Origin: Deltaproteobacteria bacterium
GTDB taxonomy: Bacteria > Desulfobacterota > Binatia > UBA9968
Reading direction: 5' to 3'
DNA: 64,000 nucleotides
Assembly (NCBI GenBank): GCA_016193465.1
Contig: JACPSE010000006.1
Coordinates: 13,684-77,683, forward strand
The position numbers and the translations under genes are program-made. How positions within the stretch are numbered: the stretch's first letter is position 1; every line of letters begins with the position of its first letter. The notes under the pieces are model-generated. The model did no database searches. It worked only from the letters and a program-made list of their open reading frames with translations, and was not told the DNA's origin. Positions 17,369-25,910 of the stretch are shown here, piece by piece.

Positions 17369-18363
17369 AAAAGCTGGAGCGCGAGATGATCTACTTTGGC
17401 AAGCTCCTTTTCGAGCGCCGCCTGATCAGCGGCTGGGGCGGAAACATAAGCTGTCGTCTTGGAAAAGACCGTTTCCTCATTACCGCGCAGCACGCCTCTT
17501 TAGGTTTTCTCAGCCCCGCCGAGCTGCTCCAGATTGACGGGAAAGGGAAACCGGCCAAGAAAAAGCGACAGCCATCGAGTGAAACTCCCCTCCACCTTGC
17601 AGTCTACAGCGGCACCGAGGCCCAGGCTGTGGTCCACGCCCACCCTCCCGGGGTGCTCGCTTTCTCTCTAGGCCACCAAAGCTTTGTTCCTCTGAGCTTT
17701 GAGGAAAAATACACTATCGGGGAGGTTCCCGTTCTGGCGCAGCAGACCCCCACGGTGACCGAAACTGCGAGAGTGGTGGAGCAGCTCAGGCTTTGCCCTA
17801 TCGTTATCCTCCAAGGCCACGGCACCGTTGCCTTGGGGAAAAACTTGCGAGAGGCCTTCCTTTTAACCGACCTCCTGGAAGAGGCTGTCCACTGCCAGTT
17901 TTTCAACAATGAGTCCAAACCCCAGGCCGATCCAAGGCCGACTTCCCTGCCGGGCCGCCATAGCGGCGATCCCGAACTGGGGGAAAAATACGCGCTTTTT
18001 TCTCAGGAGCACATGACGGCCCTTATCAAGAGCGCCAATGGCGATGCCGAATTTCAGAGCCAGGGCGAGGCAACCGGACTGACAACCACCCTCACTCTCT
18101 ACCTGGAAGATGCGGATACCCCCTGGACGGTCCACTTCGAAAAGGGCAAGATCACCCGCCTGGAAGCAGCGGCGGAGGGAGAGTTTATTATTAGCGGAAG
18201 GAGAGAATGGTGGGAGGCGATTTTTCAGAGACGCATGGATCCCTTCCTCGCAACCCAGCAAGGGAAGCTCAGGCTTAAGCGCGGCGAGCTTTGGCAGCTC
18301 TCCCAATGGTTCAAACCTTTTCAGAGAGCTTTCGCGTTATGGCAGACGATTCCCATCAAGTAG
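17365..18363 (+). CDS. Class II aldolase/adducin fused to a C-terminal SCP2 (sterol-carrier-like) domain
   Basis: GNIS, PSSETPLH, VVHAHP and LQGHG motifs; C-terminal IISG..EWWEAI...MDPFLA.QQGKL SCP2 pattern; ATGA overlap with mtnA. Confidence 0.88.
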   Translation: MKKLEREMIYFGKLLFERRLISGWGGNISCRLGKDRFLITAQHASLGFLSPAELLQIDGKGKPAKKKRQPSSETPLHLAVYSGTEAQAVVHAHPPGVLAFSLGHQSFVPLSFEEKYTIGEVPVLAQQTPTVTETARVVEQLRLCPIVILQGHGTVALGKNLREAFLLTDLLEEAVHCQFFNNESKPQADPRPTSLPGRHSGDPELGEKYALFSQEHMTALIKSANGDAEFQSQGEATGLTTTLTLYLEDADTPWTVHFEKGKITRLEAAAEGEFIISGRREWWEAIFQRRMDPFLATQQGKLRLKRGELWQLSQWFKPFQRAFALWQTIPIK

Positions 18364-19868
18364 GATTCTTCGCCGCTGACATCCTGGAGCGGAGCGCGCA
18401 AAAGTTTCCTGAGAAAGTCGCCCTTATCTCGCGGGAAGGAGAGCTCACTTTCAAAGAGGTGAGGGAGAGAGCCGCCAATCTCGCAGGCCACATGCAGAGC
18501 GAGGGGATCCGGCAGGGAGATCGAGTCGGCCTCCTCTTGCCGAATTCCAGCGCCTTTGCCCTCGGCTATTATGCAACCCAAAAAACGGGCGCCGTCACTG
18601 TCGTCCTGGATGCACGGCTTAAGGGGAGAGAGCTCGCCGGGGTCCTCCGTGATGCCGACCTCAGTCTCCTGATGACCCATAAGCGTCTCCTCGCCGATAA
18701 TGACGCGACGCTTGGAGAGTTCGGCCAGCTTGCCCGGTGGGTTGTTGACGGCGAGGGCGAACAGGACTTCGAAAAAAGGCTCTCTCATCCAGCGGAATGT
18801 TTTGTGCCGCCTGAGCCCCAGCCAACGAATGACGCCCTGATCCTCTACACCTCAGGAACAACAGGGGAACCGAAAGGCGTGGTCCTGAATCACATCAATC
18901 TGGCGCAGTTTCCTCGCTGCATGACGGAGGTGTGCAAGACGGGGGCCAATGAGGTCCTAGGCTGCATCCTTCCCATGTCGCATATCTCCGGTCCGATCCA
19001 GTGCAACGAGATTGTGGACAAGGGCGGCACCTTGGTTATATTCGATCAGATGAATCCGGTGACCTTGCTTGAGGGGATCCAGAGACACCGGATCACTGTG
19101 TTTCACGGCGTCCCTGTCATCTTCCAGCTTCTCCTGGGAGCGGCCAACCTGAAGGACTATGACACGACCAGCGTCAGCCTCGCGGCAATGATGGGGACAA
19201 CGGTGCCCTTGCCCTTGATGCGCGCCTTCAAAAAATCCCAGCCCCATATCAAAGTCATCCAGGGATATGGTCTCACGGAGAGCTCCCCTTTGATAACGCT
19301 GACCGATCCCAAAGACGCAGACGCAAAGATGGCGAGCATTGGAAAATCCGCTCCAGGGGTAGAGATAAAGATCGTTGATGAGAGAGGCCGCGAGGCGCCA
19401 GAAGGCGAAGCCGGTGAGATTATCACCCGCGGACCCCATGTGATGAAGGGCTATTTTCGCAGGCCAGAGGTAACCGCGGAGCGGATTCGCAACGGCTGGC
19501 TCTACACCGGGGATATTGGACGGTGCGACAGTGACGGCTACTATTACCACCTGGGGCGAAAAGATGACATGATCATCACCGGTGGGCTCAACGTTTATCC
19601 GGCCGAGGTGGAGAATATGCTCTCTGAGCACCCCCAGGTCCAGGAGGCGGTGGTCTTTCCGATCCCGGACTCCAAGAGAGGAAACATCATCGGCGCCGCC
19701 GTGGTCCTGCGTCCGGGAGAAAAAACAGCAGAAAGGGATCTGCTCACTTTTCTCCGCTCGAACCTGGCAAACTTCAAGGTCCCGCAGAAAATCAAGATCC
19801 GCGATTCCCTTCCCCACACCTCCTCTGGCAAAGCGGTTAGGGATGCCTCAGCCCTGCTCTCGGACTAG
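18339..19868 (+). CDS. AMP-forming acyl-CoA ligase (long-chain fatty acid CoA ligase-like)
   Basis: YTSGTTGEPKG, QGYGLTE, GEIITRGPHVMKGY, YTGD and GRKDDMII motifs. Confidence 0.93.
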   Translation: MADDSHQVGFFAADILERSAQKFPEKVALISREGELTFKEVRERAANLAGHMQSEGIRQGDRVGLLLPNSSAFALGYYATQKTGAVTVVLDARLKGRELAGVLRDADLSLLMTHKRLLADNDATLGEFGQLARWVVDGEGEQDFEKRLSHPAECFVPPEPQPTNDALILYTSGTTGEPKGVVLNHINLAQFPRCMTEVCKTGANEVLGCILPMSHISGPIQCNEIVDKGGTLVIFDQMNPVTLLEGIQRHRITVFHGVPVIFQLLLGAANLKDYDTTSVSLAAMMGTTVPLPLMRAFKKSQPHIKVIQGYGLTESSPLITLTDPKDADAKMASIGKSAPGVEIKIVDERGREAPEGEAGEIITRGPHVMKGYFRRPEVTAERIRNGWLYTGDIGRCDSDGYYYHLGRKDDMIITGGLNVYPAEVENMLSEHPQVQEAVVFPIPDSKRGNIIGAAVVLRPGEKTAERDLLTFLRSNLANFKVPQKIKIRDSLPHTSSGKAVRDASALLSD

Positions 19869-19962
19869 CGACCTCAAGCGAGGAAAAGCCATTGGCAGAC
19901 GTCCGAATTTAAATAATAGGATGCCAGAGGCGTTCCCGCGAAACTCAGATTTAATGCTAGGG

Positions 19963-20030
19963 AATCGCTTTGCAGGCCTGACCCACGCGAATTCAAAAAT
20001 TGTATCAACCCCTGCAAGCCAGCTTACCTC
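19963..20030. repeat. Imperfect direct repeat, copy A (about 70 bp), downstream of the spermidine-synthase-like gene
   Basis: The core 19976-20015 matches 22230-22269 at 36/40 nt, with further similarity on both sides. Confidence 0.85.
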
Positions 20031-20116
20031 TGAGAGCCCAAGTTGGCTTTTAGACAGCATCGACTGGCCGTGGACCATCATTTTATATCCGGGAAGGCGC
20101 TGTTATGTGCCAAATG

Positions 20117-22213
20117 TCATGGTGTGAGTGTCATAGTGCGGGATCCGATCCCCAAGACGCGCGTGTCATTTTTCACCACCAGGTACGACAGCAGATAGAA
20201 AAGAAACGCCAGCAGAAAAAGATAATTGAAGCCGGTTACCAGCGACTGGTATTCAAGCACCCCGCCGACCACCCCTCCCAGGATATTGGAACCCAGTGAA
20301 TAGTCGGGACTCGAAACCTTCTTGAAGGAATCCGCAAAGATGATGCCGGCAAAGAAGAGGGGAGACGCAATGAGTGTGCCGGAGAGAATGACTTTGAGGA
20401 ATACATTCTCGAAGTGGAGCATTTTAAGCGGGATCAAGAAGTTAAGTGTAATGGCGGTACCCAGAAGGGCGTAATAATATTCGACTTTCACCTCCTTGGC
20501 TCTTGATACGTAGAGGTTGGCAAGCAGTATCATGACGAGAATAGAGAAGACAACAATTGAGTTAATTATCCAGGTGGAGCTAAAGAGCAACGCAAGCGAA
20601 GTAATGCTCTTGGTCTCAAGGAGCATGAAGGCGCAACCAAGGTAGAAAAAATGCATATCTATGCCGATTTTTGTCTTGAGATTGCACAGGAATACGACAA
20701 GCGTCGATACGAGGACCACTAGAAGAAGCGTGATCAAATATTCCTGAGGAATAAAGTTGTTTTGGAGATAAAAGAATGGCCAGTCATCGGTGGTCACGCG
20801 GGTATCCTTCCGTACTTCAATGACTGGTTGTTGGGGTAAGTATCTTTCCAACCCCTCACCAACCACCATGCTGTAGCCATAAAAACCGATTGTATCCCAA
20901 AAATAGGGGCTCATAGTAAAAGCCTCTCTCAGCATGAGATACATTCTTTCTGCGTTCCACCGATGATGATTTGACATCAGGAGTACCGCGATGCCATTTT
21001 TCTTCAGGTGTTTTTTTGCGTCGGCAAGAGATTCCACGGTATATACGTAGGAATCGAGCCTTGCGCTCGCCATGGTTGAGAGCACAGTCTGGGAATCGAG
21101 AAGGGCGTATACAATGAGATCGTATTGCTTCTTTGTGTTGCGCAGATAACTCCGCGCATCGTTGATATGCACCGTTACCCGTGGATCGGCGTAAGGTCTG
21201 TCAGGATGCTTTTCTCTTCCTATCCTTACAATGAGCGGTTCTATGTCAACCACATCAATACGTCTGGCTCCATTCCGCATTGCCGCAGCGGCGTCGTTTC
21301 CCGATCCGCCCCCAAGAATCAGCACATCTTCCCGCGGGCCAAATCGGTAGGGGATGTCATACTGCTTGCGCAGGTATTTAAGCGCAGGATACTTCTGTAC
21401 CACCTCGTCGGAGAGCGCGACCGGCGTCTGGTAATAGCTGCCGTTGACAAAGATATTGAAGCCCACGTTCTCAGGCATGCTTTTGTCGCCATCCCAGACA
21501 TCCAGGACATGAGTAGAGGGCTCCTGCTCCCAGGGATATTGTCCATACTTGAGTTCTTTGAGTGTGATTTTATGATAAGGGGACCAGAGGGCATTTTCCG
21601 TGGAGAAAAAAACGACCACCATGGCCAAGATGAGGATCGTTATATTTACCGCACGCCATACTCCTCGGGTTCTGTAAAGCCACAATAAGAAGGGAAGCGA
21701 CAGAGCGAGCCATAGGGTCGGCGGGCTGGAGAATAGGGAAAGGAGTGAGAAGGTGGCAATTCCCAGGATGCTCCCTGAAATATTGATAGAATAGGCGGAA
21801 AGCGAAGTCATTTCTCGCATGAGTGTGCCAATCTCTTGCCCGAAGGGAACGAATGAGAGGGTAATGAGCACGTAGAACAGGGGAATAACATAATAGAGAT
21901 TGATGATCCATTTCTGGCGATCGTAGTTAAGGAAGATCAAATCTGTTGTGGGACCGATGACCCTCACATCCTTAAAAAGTAAAACCACAAGGAGAAGCAC
22001 CAGGAAGAAAATGGGAAAGAAATTGAGCACGCGAATTTTATATCGCGCGAGCAGACATCCCGCCCCTAAGCCCAGGAAACTCGCAATAAGCACGAAATTG
22101 GTATAATACCCGATGATACGCACCTGGGACGGAATATAGCGTATCAGGAGCATTTCAAAGAAGAGCGAGAGAAAGCTTACAATAAATAGATCGAGCGCTA
22201 TTTTCCTGGTCAT
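20117..22213 (-). CDS. Multi-TM protein fused to a spermidine-synthase-like SAM-dependent domain
   Basis: N- and C-terminal TM blocks; WSPYHKI, VLILGGGSGND, DVVDIEP, NDARSYL, YDLI and TTDDWPFFY motifs. Visibly AT-richer than its flanks. Confidence 0.9.
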   Translation of the reverse strand: MTRKIALDLFIVSFLSLFFEMLLIRYIPSQVRIIGYYTNFVLIASFLGLGAGCLLARYKIRVLNFFPIFFLVLLLVVLLFKDVRVIGPTTDLIFLNYDRQKWIINLYYVIPLFYVLITLSFVPFGQEIGTLMREMTSLSAYSINISGSILGIATFSLLSLFSSPPTLWLALSLPFLLWLYRTRGVWRAVNITILILAMVVVFFSTENALWSPYHKITLKELKYGQYPWEQEPSTHVLDVWDGDKSMPENVGFNIFVNGSYYQTPVALSDEVVQKYPALKYLRKQYDIPYRFGPREDVLILGGGSGNDAAAAMRNGARRIDVVDIEPLIVRIGREKHPDRPYADPRVTVHINDARSYLRNTKKQYDLIVYALLDSQTVLSTMASARLDSYVYTVESLADAKKHLKKNGIAVLLMSNHHRWNAERMYLMLREAFTMSPYFWDTIGFYGYSMVVGEGLERYLPQQPVIEVRKDTRVTTDDWPFFYLQNNFIPQEYLITLLLVVLVSTLVVFLCNLKTKIGIDMHFFYLGCAFMLLETKSITSLALLFSSTWIINSIVVFSILVMILLANLYVSRAKEVKVEYYYALLGTAITLNFLIPLKMLHFENVFLKVILSGTLIASPLFFAGIIFADSFKKVSSPDYSLGSNILGGVVGGVLEYQSLVTGFNYLFLLAFLFYLLSYLVVKNDTRVLGIGSRTMTLTP

Positions 22214-22218
22214 AAAAA

Positions 22219-22284
22219 ATCGCTTTTGAGCCGGACCCGCGCGAACTCAAAAATTGTATCAGCCCCTGCGCCCCGGCTTATCTT
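22219..22284. repeat. Imperfect direct repeat, copy B; contains an extended -10 (TG-A-TACAAT) on the minus strand just upstream of the ATG at 22213
   Basis: Minus strand ...GGCTGATACAATTTTTGAGTTCGCGCGGGTCCGGCTCAAAAGCGATTTTTTATG. Confidence 0.8.
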
Positions 22285-22703
22285 GCCGGCGAAGTTTCTC
22301 ATAGGCCCTCCAGCCGCTACCTACACAAAACCCTGCATATGGATGGGGCAATTTCCGACCCGGTCGCTTTCTGAGCGTTTTGTAGAAGATCTTCGGGAAT
22401 CTAACTGCGATTTTTTTAGCTGGCTCCATGGAAAAAATATGCCGCTGAGAACACCATAACTCAATGCGGTGGTTTCTCACTCTTGCCCACCTCAGTCAAA
22501 CGGGAAAAAGCAGGGAAAAAATCGAAGGTTTTCAGGGATCTGAATAGTGATCTTCTTCGCTGTCTGTATAGCAAACATTTACCGGTGACAAGACCATAAG
22601 TCAATAGGGTGCGCCTCGGCCCGGCTTCCGGTCAGTGTTGGACATTTCCTCGCCCTTGGGGTAATAAAGATTTAAACGACTTGAGAGAAAAAAGGATTCA
22701 ACA

Positions 22704-23765
22704 GTGATTTCCAATCCACCAGAAATGCCAACCGGCAAATTGCGCATGGCCCCTGCATGCTATCATGTGCTCCATTTGGTGCCGGTCATGGTTGCCCATG
22801 AGATGAACTTCTTCTACGACGAGGGTCTCAAAGACGCGGAGGGAAATCTCGCCTACGAAATTGCCCCTGGGGGTTTGGTACCCTTTGGCTTCGAGAAGGC
22901 CGGACTGGTCAAAGCCATGGAGGAGAAAGGGATCGATATCGCCCTGGACATTCTGACTCCTACGGTCTTCTTTCAGCGCTCCCGAGGCGCCGACCTTTAC
23001 ATCATAGCAGGGTGGAGAAACCAATCGGCCCATGTCTGGGTGGGAGGCCCGGAAGTAAAGTCGCTTCGAGATCTAAAGGGACGACGCATCGGTGTCATAG
23101 AAATAGGCGGGGTTACCTATCGGGGAATCAAGACCTGGGTGCGGAAGGCCGGGCTTGATCCCGACCGAGACGTGGAATGGATCGCGCCTGTTTATCCGCC
23201 TTCGAACATCGACGCTCTAAGAAAGGGCGCCATTCATGCGGTCTTTGTCCACAGTTGGCAGGCAGAGGAGCTGAAGCGGGAAGGATTTAATATTCTGATC
23301 AGTCTAAAAGAGCAGTATCCCAATGGCCGTCCCGACCGGATCATCGCCGCTAGCGGGAAGACTATTGAGAGCAGGCCCGATCTGGTGAAGGGCTTTCTCA
23401 AGGGGATGATCCGGGCCTACTGGTATATGCGGGATCAACCTAAAAACTTCGAGTACGTCTACAATTTGGAAAGGAGACTGCGCCGTCAAAGCCCCAACGC
23501 GGATGAGAGGAGAAGCAAACAGATCGGCGGATCGCCCCGTCAGATGGAGGCGATGCCCTTTCCCATTGACGGGCTTCCCACCGGGTTCGAAGAGCTCTTG
23601 GAGGAGGAGAAGGAAGCGGGAGAGCTTGACTTTAATGTGCCGGACGTCAAGGATGTGTGTGATCTGAATTTGGTAAAGGAGGCCTTTAAGGAACTCAAGG
23701 AGCGGGAGGAGCTAAAGGCCGAGTTCGAGCGGGTGAGCGCTGTGGTGAGGAGACTTGGCTATTGA
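22704..23765 (+). CDS. NMT1/SsuA/THI5-like periplasmic-binding-fold protein lacking a signal peptide
   Basis: IIAGW...WVGGPEVKSLRDLKGRRIGV...GLDPDRDV...ALRKGAIHAV...PDLVKGFLKG pattern; no hydrophobic N-terminus. Confidence 0.8.
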   Translation: MISNPPEMPTGKLRMAPACYHVLHLVPVMVAHEMNFFYDEGLKDAEGNLAYEIAPGGLVPFGFEKAGLVKAMEEKGIDIALDILTPTVFFQRSRGADLYIIAGWRNQSAHVWVGGPEVKSLRDLKGRRIGVIEIGGVTYRGIKTWVRKAGLDPDRDVEWIAPVYPPSNIDALRKGAIHAVFVHSWQAEELKREGFNILISLKEQYPNGRPDRIIAASGKTIESRPDLVKGFLKGMIRAYWYMRDQPKNFEYVYNLERRLRRQSPNADERRSKQIGGSPRQMEAMPFPIDGLPTGFEELLEEEKEAGELDFNVPDVKDVCDLNLVKEAFKELKEREELKAEFERVSAVVRRLGY

Positions 23766-23826
23766 AATCATTTTGCAGTGAGCGGCCTGGCTCCCCCAAC
23801 GCCATGAAATCAAAGGAGGTAGCGGA

Positions 23827-24780
23827 ATGGAACGGCGGTTTTTAGATTTTTTGGAGATTGCTCCCAGAAGCAGCAAGCCCCGGAGCCGGGGTCTCACCGG
23901 CGTCAACGATCAGGGTTATCCGACCCCATGGCTGCGAGAGATGCTCGCCGCCTACAGCGATCACATCGACGGGGTTAAATTCACTCCTACCACTTTGCCA
24001 ATGCCTTGGGATGTCATCGAGGGACGAGTCAAGGCGTACCGTGATTACAAAGTGGACGTGAAGATCGACGACCCCATTTTTGCCATCGCTTATTACCAAG
24101 GCAAGGCGGATCAGTTGCTGCGCACGCTGGCGCAAATAGGCTTCACCCATGTGCAGATTGACACCGAACATGTCGCCGCGGGCAAAAAGGGCGGGCCGGC
24201 GCGCGCCGGCGAGGACGAGTCGCGCTATATGTCGCTGGCACGGGAATTAGGTCTGCGAGTGGAGGGCGAGGTCGGAAAAAAGTGGAAAGAGGGGGACCTG
24301 GCGAGGGCTGAGGGTGGATTGCTCAACGTCGAAGCGATTGTCTCGGAAACCCGCCGTTTGCTTTCTGCCGGATGTGAAAAGGTCTACTTCGAGAGCCGGG
24401 TGCTTCGGGAGGCGATAGGAGATTACGGCGAGAAGGAGCGGGGCGGCCAGCAGGTGCGCCAGGTCGTAGAGGGTGTCGGGCTGGACAACATCGTCTTTGA
24501 AGTCACCTGGCAAATGCCCTGGGATACCCGCCAGTGCCATCGCTTCTGGCTGGTGAGGAACTTCGGGCCCGACGTCAACATCGCCGGCGCCGGCACGATC
24601 GATGAGGTCCGGTTTATCGAGGCGATCCGTCGCGGCCTGACCTTTGTCAGCGGCCCGAGCAAAGCCTCGAGCAAGCTATGGATCAAGTCGCTAGCCAAGG
24701 GCGGAGGAAAGGCAGCCGAGGATTGGTGGAAGGAGGACTACCCGATTGATCCGAGTTTCGCGCAGCCGCTTCGCTCATGA
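23827..24780 (+). CDS. Phosphosulfolactate synthase (ComA) family protein
   Basis: KPRSRGLT.V.D.G, IDGVKF, EVGKK, L.AG...V..ESR, IVFE and FGPDVNIA pattern of the ComA TIM barrel. Confidence 0.82.
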   Translation: MERRFLDFLEIAPRSSKPRSRGLTGVNDQGYPTPWLREMLAAYSDHIDGVKFTPTTLPMPWDVIEGRVKAYRDYKVDVKIDDPIFAIAYYQGKADQLLRTLAQIGFTHVQIDTEHVAAGKKGGPARAGEDESRYMSLARELGLRVEGEVGKKWKEGDLARAEGGLLNVEAIVSETRRLLSAGCEKVYFESRVLREAIGDYGEKERGGQQVRQVVEGVGLDNIVFEVTWQMPWDTRQCHRFWLVRNFGPDVNIAGAGTIDEVRFIEAIRRGLTFVSGPSKASSKLWIKSLAKGGGKAAEDWWKEDYPIDPSFAQPLRS

Positions 24781-24836
24781 AAGGAAAAGATTTCGCCAAG
24801 ATGACAGAACGCTAAGAAAGCGAGAGGGGGTAATCT

Positions 24837-25862
24837 ATGAAATACCGAGTTTTTTTTGTGATCGTTGGAGCGCTCCTGTTGATCTCGTTACCTCGGGAAA
24901 GCCGGGGACAGGGTTGGGAGCAAACCCTCCAGAGGCTCTACCCGGCAGCCAAGGAGGAGGGCGAAGTTATCTTCAATACGGCGCGCGTCGAGGAAGTCGG
25001 GGGCAAAGAGGGGATTGAGAAGTTTTATAAGAGGTTCCCTGGAATCAAGATTACGTTTACCGCGGTTTCCGCGAGCACGCTCCCCTCGAGGCTCATCACC
25101 GAGGCGAGAACCGGGCGCGTCACTATTGACGCGTTGAGGGGCGGGCCGGAAAACGCCAAACCTCTCGTCGATAGAGACCTGCTGATAACTGTCAATCCTA
25201 AGGAGTTGACGGGTCATCCGGTACGCACGGAGTTCAACAACCGATACATCGACATCAGCCATCATCTCAGCCACTTCGGTTACAACACGAAGCTTGTCTC
25301 TAAGGAGGAGATGCCCAAGCGCTACGAGGACTTGCTGGACAGTAAATGGAAGGGAAAGATCACCCTGGACGCGCGCGGGGGTCAGATTGTCCATCTCCAA
25401 TCTCTGTGGGGAGAGGAGAAGTTCTGGCAATTTGTTAAGGCCTTGGCGGCGCAAAAACCGATATGGGCCCGCCGGGTCACCGACGCTATGTCCAAGCTGG
25501 TTAGCGGGGAAGCCTATATCGGCAACGCCTCCTATGTGGCAGTCCAGCAATTCAAAAGCAAAGGCGCCCCCATTGAATTTCTCTTTCTCAATCCAGTGCG
25601 GGTACAGACAAGAGGAGTCAGTATTTTGAAAGCTTCTCCCCATCCCAATGCTGCCAAGCTTTTCTTGGCGTGGCTGCTCTCGCCGGAAGGTGTGGAGGCG
25701 ACAGACAAGCATGGAGTCGGGCCGGCAGTCCCGGGAACGTCTCTTTACGAGGCCCTGCAGAAGGCCGGGACAAAGCTCTCTTTTGATGAGGGCTTTGATG
25801 AATTGATGGCCCGCGACAAGATCTCAGACAAGATCACCGATCTTTGGGGCGCCTTGAAATAA
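24837..25862 (+). CDS. ABC transporter extracellular solute-binding protein
   Basis: Signal peptide; AAKEEGEV, RLITEARTG, YNTKLV...PKRYEDLLD.KWKGKI and PHPNAAKLF motifs. Confidence 0.93.
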   Translation: MKYRVFFVIVGALLLISLPRESRGQGWEQTLQRLYPAAKEEGEVIFNTARVEEVGGKEGIEKFYKRFPGIKITFTAVSASTLPSRLITEARTGRVTIDALRGGPENAKPLVDRDLLITVNPKELTGHPVRTEFNNRYIDISHHLSHFGYNTKLVSKEEMPKRYEDLLDSKWKGKITLDARGGQIVHLQSLWGEEKFWQFVKALAAQKPIWARRVTDAMSKLVSGEAYIGNASYVAVQQFKSKGAPIEFLFLNPVRVQTRGVSILKASPHPNAAKLFLAWLLSPEGVEATDKHGVGPAVPGTSLYEALQKAGTKLSFDEGFDELMARDKISDKITDLWGALK

Positions 25863-25910
25863 CCAAGAGCTTGCTAAGCGGCGTTTGCCCCTCGTTCGTA
25901 TCGTGATAGG

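Noticed and set aside
18957-19817. 286-aa minus-strand ORF
   Set aside because: Antisense shadow of the acyl-CoA ligase, with no motifs.
19963-22284. Direct repeats as integron attC sites
   Set aside because: They lack the RYYYAAC...GTTRRRY ends and internal palindrome, and no integrase is present. They look like promoter/leader duplicates.
22259-22480. 73-aa minus-strand ORF upstream of the spermidine-synthase-like gene
   Set aside because: No recognisable motif or RBS, and it overlaps the repeat/promoter. It could be a remnant but cannot be supported.
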